Part shown: one piece after another, positions 11,572 to 20,011 of the stretch
Layout: each line of letters begins with the position of its first letter
Position numbering within the stretch: the stretch's first letter is position 1
Assembly (NCBI GenBank): GCA_013265495.1
Contig: MU057719.1
Location: forward strand, 746,001-806,000
DNA from: Vicugna vicugna
Lineage: Eukaryota
DNA: 60,000 nucleotides
Reading direction: 5' to 3'
The notes under the pieces: generated by a model
The model's input: only the letters and a program-made list of their open reading frames with translations
Told to the model about the DNA's origin: nothing
The model's database searches: none
Program-made: the position numbers and the translations under genes

Positions 11572-11674
11572 CTTTTATCTTCAGCGGGTTGTGGTAGTGA
11601 ACTTCCAGGCGGAGAAATCTGGAGGACCCGGGGCCCCCGAACGCAAGGCCAGCTTCCTCCGGGTAGTAGAAGGC
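11572..11674 (-). CDS. DBH: DBH coding exon 5 (EVHYHN CuH ligand)
   Basis: 103 nt, AFYYPEEAGLAFGGPGSSRFLRLEVHYHNPLKIK(G). Acceptor ccgcag, donor gtagga. Confidence 0.98.
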
Positions 11675-12337
11675 CTGCGGGAGCGGGCAGGAAGGGGGCC
11701 AGGTGTCCAGGTGCCACAGCCCAGGCAGGCGGACTGGGGTTACCCAAGAGGGGCCCCAGGCGGGGGTCAAGGCGAGCCCACCAAGCGCGGAGCCTGAGCT
11801 ACAGCGGGTGACGTAGGCGGGGCAGCTGGATCAGAGTGATGCGCTCCTACTGACGCGCAGTCACTCCCAGCGGCACGACGCCCTTATTAGAGTCAGGGTC
11901 AGGGAATTGGGCGAGCTTGTGCCCCGAGGCCAGCCCACCGCCCACGCCCCTCCTCCGGGCTAGTAGAGGAAGCGATGGCAGACCCTGGACGCAGTCCGTG
12001 GAGGCCGCAAGAACCAGCCCTGCCACCAGCCAGCCCTGGGGCCCCCATGCAGAAACCTCTCCAAGTCTAGGGGGACACAGGATCTGCGCCCATGAGGACC
12101 ACCAGCATGCGAGGCTTTCGCATTTTGACAGGGAAGTCCCAGAGGCTGGAGGGCGCATTCGTGGCTCAGAAGAGCCACAGGACTTCGACTGTGCACAGGC
12201 TGGGAAGGTGGGGAGCAGGCAGGGTGACCGGGGATCGGAGCACCCCAGTGGTGCAGGTCCAGGGAGGGCCTCATGGGCTCCCGCCAGTACCTCCCATAGG
12301 AGGCCCTCGAGCCCGGCGCCACCGGGCACGCACGCAC

Positions 12338-12514
12338 CTTGGCGCCCAGGGCCCAGGCGGCCAGCACGTGTCTGCAGTAGTTGAGACGCTCGGGCTTCAT
12401 CTTGGAGTCGCAGGGCCCGCTGAACTGGGGGAAGCTCTGAAACTCGGCAGCGCACTGGAAGACTTCCATGTGGTGCACCAGGGCCTCGTTGCCCTCGGTG
12501 ACGATGGGCTCGTA
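12338..12514 (-). CDS. DBH: DBH coding exon 4 (CuH ligands in the VHHM motif)
   Basis: 177 nt, YEPIVTEGNEALVHHMEVFQC...CRHVLAAWALGAK. Acceptor ccacag, donor gtgcgt. Confidence 0.98.
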
Positions 12515-13290
12515 CTGTGGGGGGTGGGGTACTGAGTCGGGGCAGCAGACCCACATCCACCCATCCGCTCACCCTTCCTGGCCTGGCTCTGGCCCAGTGG
12601 CTCCCCTTCATGGGCCTCTGCTTGCCACTCTGTAGAATGGGAGGGTTAAGCCGGTGATTTCCAGGGGTGCTTCTGGGGCTCGGGGCTTTGAGGGTGGAAC
12701 CACTACTGGTAAGAGGCAGAACCTTGATGAGCTCCAAGGCAAAGGGCATGGGGATCCAGGCCGGCCATTTCCCAAAATGTGGGGACAGGGAGGCAGCCGT
12801 CCTTGTGGGGAGGTGCAGTGGCTGGACAAGGACAGGGAGGCTGCCCAAGGCTAAGACTGCACCAGGGGGACAGGTGCAGTTGTGAGTCAGGCCCACCACT
12901 TCCTGCTGTGTGACTTTGGGAACTCACACAACCTCTCTGGGCTGCACTTCCTCTACTGGGAATAAGGGTGACAATACTCAGTACTGTGTTTGTACTATTG
13001 TGGTGATGGAGGAGGTAACCCCCCTCCCTTCTCCCAGGGCCGGGCAAACAGTGGACATTCAACAGCTACTGTCATTTCTGTTACACCTCCGGGTGGGGCC
13101 TGACAGACAGACAAACAGAGAGACAGCCATTCCAGTCCCAGGGGAAGATGCAAAAATCAAGACGTCAGTTGCCTTTGGTCCAGGCTGGGAAGGTGGGAGT
13201 GCGCAGGGTGACCGGGGACCAGAGCACACTGGTGGCTGCAGGAAGTTCAGACCTTGCCTGGGGTTCAGGCAGTAGGGGTCACCTGGTCCA

Positions 13291-13311
13291 AGCAGGACCA
13301 CGGACAGCTCT
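13291..13311 (+). promoter_or_regulatory. Candidate RE1/NRSE in DBH intron 3
   Basis: AGCAGGACCACGGACAGCTCT versus consensus: 16/21, with an exact 12-nt core ACCACGGACAGC. Confidence 0.5.
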
Positions 13312-13424
13312 CCAGGCCAGACCGCCTCTCTGCAGGCCTCTGAGGCCCCAGGCGGGAGCAGAGCTGGGAAGGGGGCCTGGGCCTGGAGGCCGCCTCTCCC
13401 CGCACCCCGGCCCTGCCCACGTAC

Positions 13425-13682
13425 CATGACGATGTGGTGCCGGGAGAAGCCCTCCGGGAGCTCGGTGATGTGGCACCAGTACGTGGTCACCTGGCCCGGG
13501 ATCAGGACATCCGGGGCGCGGATCTCCATGGTGCGCACGTCCGCGGGCAGGGCCGGGATGGAGATGTTGGGCTTCAGCAGCTGCACCCTCTGCAGCCCCG
13601 TCTGCAGGCCTGAGGTGTTGATGGTCTCCAGCGCCCGCAACGGCTCCTCCAGGATCCCATACACCAGGTGGACGGTGCCGTC
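13425..13682 (-). CDS. DBH: DBH coding exon 3
   Basis: 258 nt, DGTVHLVYGILEEP...TTYWCHITELPEGFSRHHIVM. Acceptor ttgcag, donor gtacgt. Confidence 0.98.
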
Positions 13683-13967
13683 CTGCAACGGACACAGGCC
13701 CGGCACTTGCCCACTCACATCCCCCAGAGTCGACTCCCGGTAGCTGGGGGGGCTGCCAGGTCCCTGCCCCCTCGCCCGACAGGCGCCATGCCTGGTTCTC
13801 ATCTCTGTGAAGGAGGGGAGCTTTGAGGCTCAGGGTAGATCCGGTAGGGGCTAAATCCGGGGCCGGCCATCCCCAGAGCTCCTGGTTTCCATCAGACATT
13901 TATATATTTTGTCTTTCTAAATGTTTTCTACCTGCATTTGCTTGGCATCCATCCAGCTAACCATCAC

Positions 13968-14063
13968 TGGACCCTTGGGAACCAGGCCGGCTGGACCACT
14001 GGGGATCAGGCCAACTGGATCACTGGGGACCAGGCCGGTTGGCCCACCTGGGACCAGCGCCAG
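13968..14063. repeat. 24-bp tandem repeat x4 (DBH intron 2)
   Basis: Units tggacccttgggaaccaggccggc / tggaccactggggatcaggccaac / tggatcactggggaccaggccggt / tggcccacctgggaccagcgccag. Confidence 0.85.
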
Positions 14064-14981
14064 TGGGGACAGGGCTGTTCTCTGCACAGGTGTCTTGGAG
14101 CTCCAGGCAGGAGGCTCCCGCACACCCAGCCTGGAGGCTCTGAGCTGTGCACAGGTGGGTACCAGACGCCCTGCTAAGTTCCAGGAGAGGGTCCTCTGCC
14201 TGCCCTTGCCTTGACCACGGGGAAGGTAATCTAGAGCATGAGGACGCAGATGACCTTCTGGAAGGACACCCCCTCTGGCTCCAAGTCTGCCCCACTGCGC
14301 CACGGATCTCTGGGCAGATCCTTCCCCTCCCTGGCCTCAGTTTCCTCGTCGGGCACACCACCAGCCCGTGCCACTGCCACACGGTAAGGGTTACACAGGA
14401 CGATGGGTGTCAAAGTGCACTGAAAAAGTAAAAGGATTTTGTCTTCAAGAGAAAACTGTTTCCCTGAAGGGTCTCGGAGCCGCATGAGAAGCCTATGGGT
14501 TCTTAGATCGGCTGAGGCTACTCAGAGCAGGTCAAGACTGACAGAGCGCCTAGCTCCCTTCCTCCCTTTACAGACAGGTAAACCGAGGCCGGGAGGAGGA
14601 GGGGACCTGCCCTGAGCCTCACAGCCTGCTGGCCACAGGGCCAGGCTGGGAAACCAGGTCTCCTGGGCTCTTCCCAGAATTCCACTGAAGAGCATGGAGC
14701 AGGAGAGACCGTGTCAGGCGCAAGACCACTCAGTTCCCCGTCTGAGAGGCTTTGGGACGAGACCCACATCTAGAAACAGGTCGGTTCTGTGTCACCCAAC
14801 AGCTGCTTCCTGTAGGATCAGAGGCCAGTGGTGGAGCTGGCTTCTTCCAAACTGCTTTGTCCCCTGCCCAGCTGCCCCCGGAGTCCCTTCTCTCTGTGCA
14901 CGGCCGCCCCGAGGACGCGACCCCAGGATGTGAGAGAGATCCATGCAGCCCATAGTCTCTTGGGCGCGAACTGCCACCCAC

Positions 14982-15128
14982 CTCAATGACGTAATCCTCG
15001 GGGTCACAGGTGCCAAAAGGCCTCTTGAAGAGCAGGGACAGGCCTTCTGGGGTCCTCTGTGCCCTCAGCAGCTGGTAGTCCTGCTGGGAATCCAGGTGGA
15101 CCTGCCCCTTCTGGTCACTCCAGGCGTC
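14982..15128 (-). CDS. DBH: DBH coding exon 2 (DOMON domain)
   Basis: 147 nt, DAWSDQKGQVHLDSQQDYQLLRAQRTPEGLSLLFKRPFGTCDPEDYVIE. Acceptor tttctgcag, donor gtgggt. Confidence 0.98.
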
Positions 15129-15940
15129 CTGCAGAAACGAGTTCGGGTCCAGAGCTAGAACGCTGGAGCTCGGGGCTGGCCGCCCTGGGGGCCCCGGGGC
15201 TCTGCCCAGGGTGGGGCTCACGCCTGTGTTCAGTGTCTGCCTCAGACAGTGAAGTTGACTTCCAACCCCACACTCTTTCTCTGCGGCCTTGACACATGGC
15301 CTCAAATGCAGGTTGGGACTCACCGGAGCTGGGTAGCCACGCAGGTCCCCAGACCTCTGGGTGGGACCCAAGAAGCTGTGTTGCAAGGAAGATGCCATAA
15401 TTCGGAATGTGATCTGCTTCTTTGGTGTGTGGAGGGAGGGGCCGTGACCGCGCATGGAGCCCCGGAAATGGGAGACGCGGGGCGGCGGGAGGGAGAGGCT
15501 GGGGACAGGGTTTCAGGGACCCCCACACGTGCTTGCCCCCGAGAGGGAGCCTGCCTGAAACACTGCGCCCTGGGCATCTTGCTCACCTCGCCCTGGTCCT
15601 AGTCTTGCTTGAAGAGAGTAAACTGAGGCTCGGGGGCAACAGAACTCCTGTGTTTCCCCAGAATGCTCGAGAGTGGCGGCTCTGGCCCGACCCCTGCCCT
15701 CCACTCTCCCCAGGGCTGCCCGCACACCCCGACTCTCAGGCTCAGCCACCCAGGGGCTCCAGGCCAGCGCAAGGGACAGACATCCACCTGGCAAGGGGCT
15801 GTGATCTCTCCCTGACAAGCAGGCCTTTGTTTGGGTTTGGGAACAACACGGGACCACCAGTCCTTGGCCTGAAGATTTTTTTAAACCCTGCATTCAGGGC
15901 TAAAGCCTGTTTTCTCCACTTCCTTGAGGAAGAAGGAACT

Positions 15941-16000
15941 AGAGAGAGAGAGAGAGAGGAAGGAAGGGAGGAAGGAAGGGAGGGAGGGAGGGAGGAAGGG
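15941..16000. repeat. Polypurine (GA)n-(GGAA/GGGA)n simple repeat (DBH intron 1)
   Basis: agagagagagagagagaggaaggaagggaggaaggaagggagggagggagggaggaaggg. Confidence 0.9.
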
Positions 16001-17427
16001 ATCCAGGGACCTGCAAACAGTTTTGCAAAGTCCTCCCCAGAGAAGAGCAGCAGCATGAAGCTGGCGCTGAGGGACCTTGCAGATTTTGCAGGACTCGTTT
16101 TAAACAGAAGCAGAAAGTCAACTTGTGATTTTTCAGCTGGAAATCTAGAGTGTATATGTTGAACATATTGCTTAGGATGGAAAAACAAGTCTGACATTTG
16201 TTTGCATAGGAATTTGTTGTGCAAATTAATCCAGCCGTGTGCGGGAGGGCGAAGTCACCCCAGCTCTCTTGGCAGCCAGGAAAAGCTAATCCCGGGGGCT
16301 GGGCTGCTGCTCTGGGACCGGCTTGGAACCAGGCTGCCCAGGACTTCCTTGGCCGTGACCCGTAAGCGCTGAGCATCCTTGTGTGGGAGGCACTGCCTCC
16401 AGGGGCCAGCGCGGGGCCCTGACCAGGCAGCTCACCCGGCCTCCTGCCCAGCTGCGAAGCGGGAAGCTCCGGCCTGTTGAACGGCTGTGGGAATTGGACG
16501 AAGCATGGTCAGGTTCCAGAAAGATCAGCTGGAACCAGATCGTGTGAACTCACACCGCCCAAGAAGGTGGAGAGGGAGGACTGTCCCCATTTTGCAGCGG
16601 GGCCTGGGGGCCTGTCCTGACTCTGGCGCCCCTGCCGGGTCCCACACTGAACTGGAGTGGAGCCTCTCTGCTCACAGATCCAGTGCCTCCAGACTGAAAA
16701 TGTGTTTTAACCCTTCTGTGTCTGTTTCCATGGGAGAGGAGCCGTGTGGAGGAAGGTGGCTGGGGGGGGTGGCTGGGCCCCTGCCTCCCAGGGGGCCTCC
16801 CTTCAGCTTCCTGAAGGCCCCCAAGCCCCTCTAGTTTGAAGGGAGAACTCCCCCCTTCTCCACCCTTTCTGGCAAGAATGGGGGTGAATTTGAGGCGTGG
16901 GGTGAAGAGCGCGTCCTCGGCGGTGCGGCTCGGCCCCGCAGGCTGGCTCCTCGGCCGGGTGGGGGTGGGGGTGGGGCGCCTGCCCTGCTCAGGTCACCAC
17001 GCGCACCAGCACCGGGCCGAGACGCTGCGTCCTGGGCGGTGGGCGTGCACGCTGGGCACTGCGCTTGGCCCCGTGTGACCTCCAGGTGTTGTCTGTACGA
17101 GTGGGGCCGTGGGGTCTGTCCTCACGCGCGTGGGGCAGAGGAGAGCATGCGTTTCTGTGGCACGTGTGTCCTTCACGTGCGGCTGTGCTCCTTGGGCTGT
17201 CTGGCTCTGTCGTCTGGGGTGTGCGGGCACGGAAGGGCCACGGGAGACATCCATTTCCCATTTTGTCCTCGCATCAGCATCCCCGAGACCCCCACGCTTG
17301 GGACACGAGGGATGCTCAGAATGGATGCGAACAGAGAGGCGGGAGAGCAGCTCCCTTTTCCCGGTTAAGGAGAGAGAGGGTAGACAAAGGGGCAAGGTCA
17401 GGGCGCTGGGGCCGGGGAAGGACTTAC

Positions 17428-17745
17428 CCCGAAGTAGGCGCTGTCCCCGTCGGTCCAGAGCACGACCAGGTCGGCATTCTCCATCTCGCCGCGGTCTGAC
17501 ATTCCAAAGAGAACCCCAGCCTTGAGCTCTCGCACTAGGAGCTGGAAGTAGACGGTCTCCTGCGTGTAGCTGACGTTCCAGGACAGCTCCAGGGTCCCCT
17601 CGGGGTCCAGAGGGATTCGGTAGGGGAAAGGGCTCTTGGGTGGTGCCGAGCCCTGCAGGGCGGCCACCAGGATGACCAGGAAGACGGCCACCGCCGTGCC
17701 GTACATGGAGGCGGCCTCACGCGTGCTGGGGCTGGGGACCTGCAT
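17428..17745 (-). CDS. DBH: Dopamine beta-hydroxylase, coding exon 1 (signal anchor and start of DOMON domain)
   Basis: Translates MQVPSPSTREAASMYGTAVAVFLVILVAALQG...DLVVLWTDGDSAYFG (106 codons), which matches mammalian DBH. ATG is at 17743-17745 (cat on +), and the donor GTAAGTC follows 17428. Confidence 0.98.
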
Positions 17746-17776
17746 GGCTGGGTGAGCCCGGCCGCCCCACCTGCTG

Positions 17777-17781
17777 TTTAT
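17777..17781 (-). promoter_or_regulatory. DBH TATA-like box (ATAAA)
   Basis: Minus strand reads ggacATAAAcagcaggtggg about 32 nt upstream of the ATG, the same context as the known DBH ATAAA box. Confidence 0.8.
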
Positions 17782-17819
17782 GTCCTGGCTCCCCGGGTGG
17801 GGGGCAAGCCCCCCCTGCC

Positions 17820-17852
17820 GGTAATCACATTTGTCTGGTGGGGAATTCAATT
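17820..17852 (-). promoter_or_regulatory. PHOX2A/B response elements (PRS2/domain II and PRS3-like) of the DBH promoter
   Basis: Minus strand reads AATTGAATTccccaccAGACAAATGTGATTACC. This closely matches the noradrenergic-specific DBH domain II element as I recall it. Confidence 0.8.
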
Positions 17853-17911
17853 GTCCTGATGGCCCTCCCAGCAGCCCTGCCCCAGGGAAACGCTTTGCTG
17901 CCCTCGCTTCT

Positions 17912-17947
17912 CCTAACTGGCGCTAATGACACCTGGACATCGTCAGT
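17912..17947 (-). promoter_or_regulatory. Composite CRE-like / homeodomain element (domain IV, PRS1) of the DBH promoter
   Basis: Minus strand reads actgacgatgtccaggtGTCATTAGcgccagttagg. It is positionally and sequence-homologous to the DBH CRE/YY1/ATTA composite element. Confidence 0.7.
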
Positions 17948-18454
17948 GGCAATTGGAGGGGACTGGCTGCTTCATCCCCTCTGAGCCGTCTCTGAGAGTT
18001 GTCGGCAAAGGCCCTCCTGCCTGCAGCCTGGAGGCCTTCCAGACGCTCTCCGCCGGGCGTCCGGCGGGCCCGGGGAGCTGTGTGGGCTTGTCCTCCGCGC
18101 GGCAGACAGGTTGGGCCCATGCCGCCCCATCTGCGGATGGGCAGACTGAGGCCCCAAGGGGTTGTTTCCAAGGTGACCAGTAAGTAGAGAAACCTCAGCA
18201 CTGTGCGCCCAGGGAGCCATATCTATAATGCTGGAGGGTGGACCAACTTCAAACTAAAAATAAAAGCCGATCCCCAAATAGTCCCTGTGTTTAGACACTC
18301 TCTCCATGGCCTGCTGTTCCCACTTTTGTCTCCTCTCTATTCCCCATGGGCTCCAGCTGGTGCCACAGCTGCTCTAGAAGGAGTGGGTGCACTGCAGGGT
18401 GTGGGGATGGGTGGCACAGGGTGCATTGTGGGGGGCGGGTGGCACAGGGAGCAC

Positions 18455-18734
18455 NNNNNNNNNNNNNNNNNNNNNNNNNNNNNNNNNNNNNNNNNNNNNN
18501 NNNNNNNNNNNNNNNNNNNNNNNNNNNNNNNNNNNNNNNNNNNNNNNNNNNNNNNNNNNNNNNNNNNNNNNNNNNNNNNNNNNNNNNNNNNNNNNNNNNN
18601 NNNNNNNNNNNNNNNNNNNNNNNNNNNNNNNNNNNNNNNNNNNNNNNNNNNNNNNNNNNNNNNNNNNNNNNNNNNNNNNNNNNNNNNNNNNNNNNNNNNN
18701 NNNNNNNNNNNNNNNNNNNNNNNNNNNNNNNNNN
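18455..18734. other. Assembly gap (280 N)
   Basis: Run of N, flanked on both sides by similar G-rich repeat units of about 30 bp. Confidence 0.99.
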
Positions 18735-19516
18735 CACTGCTGGGGGGCGGGGGCAGGTGGCAGAGGGTGCACTGCTGGGGGCCTAGAGAGCAGAGTGTAT
18801 TGCTGGGGGGCAGACTTCTCGATGCCTTGCTGAGGGGTACACTGCAGGCACATTGCTTGAGGGAAACAGACTTTGCAAAAAGGGTACAAGTGACAGGTCT
18901 GCTTTTCTGCCACCAAAGCCCTCAAACCCACAATGTCCTTTAGCCTAGAAAGCACCCACCTGACTGTGAACCTTCCCAGGGTAGTCAGCCTATTGCATTG
19001 GTTCCCACACACACCACAGGGCTTTGCCTAGAACTGCTGGGACTCACAGCCCTGCCAGCCTCACGTGTCAGTCTCTCTGCACCCCAGCTCACTCCTGTCT
19101 GTCTCTGTGCAGAATGGCATCGGCTTGTGCTGCCACCTCCAGGAAGTTCTTCCTGATTGCGTTCTGCTCTGAACTCAGCCCCCTCTTTCCAAGAGCCTGA
19201 CTCCCTTCCTTACTTCTTCCTCCTCCAGGTCCTTCTCTCTATGAGGAAACCAAGAACCCAACCAATATCCTCAACATTCACAACTCTGTCCTCAAGCATC
19301 CACAAGTCCTCAAACAGCCGCAAAGGCAGACCTTGCGCTCCCTGCTCCAGGCTCTGGTTTTGCTCTGAACTTTGTTCCTTAGGGAGGAATGACTGTGTCT
19401 TGCAAAAGATGAAGTTTGGAGCAAGTTCCCTCCCCTGGCCTTGGCAGACAGTGCTCTCTGCCCTGCAGCGGCTGGGCCACCCCGCAGAGCTAAACAGGGC
19501 AGAAGAAAGAAAGACA

Positions 19517-20011
19517 CATTGACTGGAAAAATACACAACCTAAAGTTGAGAAGTGTGTTTTATTTCCTGAGGGCTTCAAGCCCCGGAGACAGCCTCTCAG
19601 GTGGCTCTGAGGGGTTGCTCTGCAGAGGTCGGGGAGGAGCCAGGATGTATAGGCGTTTTTGTGATGAAGACCAGGTAGTTGGAACATCAAAAGACTCCTG
19701 TTAATTAAAGGAAACCAGACATCCCCAGTCAAGGAATTCAGCACTTTTCTATGTATGGGAAGATGCAGAAGTCTGGGCTCACTGAAATCATTCCTTTGAT
19801 GTGCACCTTAGATCTCCAGGGCCAGTGTCCTGCGCTTTCTCATCCTGAGTCCCCTCAGGGTGCACGGTAGGGGGCGGCTGCAGTGGCTGAGAGCTTGATG
19901 CCAGTGGTACCATCGGGGTGGTGGTACCATCCAGGGCGGCCGCAACGCGATGGCTTGATGGCTGCAGCATCCTTTGTTTACTGAGATGGCAGGCAGTATT
20001 TTTCATTCACA
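19517..20011 (-). mobile_element. ERV1 solo LTR, MER41-like (cetartiodactyl type)
   Basis: About 495 bp: ttgactggaaaaatacacaacctaaagttgagaa..ttttctatgtatgggaagatgca..gtctgggctcactgaaatcattcctttgat..catcctttgtttactgagatggcaggc..ttcaca. This matches my recollection of MER41-family LTRs of artiodactyls; the family name was not verified by search. Confidence 0.7.

Noticed and set aside
13917..14214. Collagen-like G-P-x-G peptide ORFs
   Set aside because: They derive from the 24-bp intronic tandem repeat and lack true Gly-X-Y periodicity.
17746..17850. 35-aa N-terminal extension of DBH suggested by the ORF track
   Set aside because: It starts at a TTG upstream of the ATAAA box, within promoter elements, so it is unlikely to be transcribed.
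18203..19012. Long ORFs containing X runs
   Set aside because: They are artefacts of translating through the N gap.
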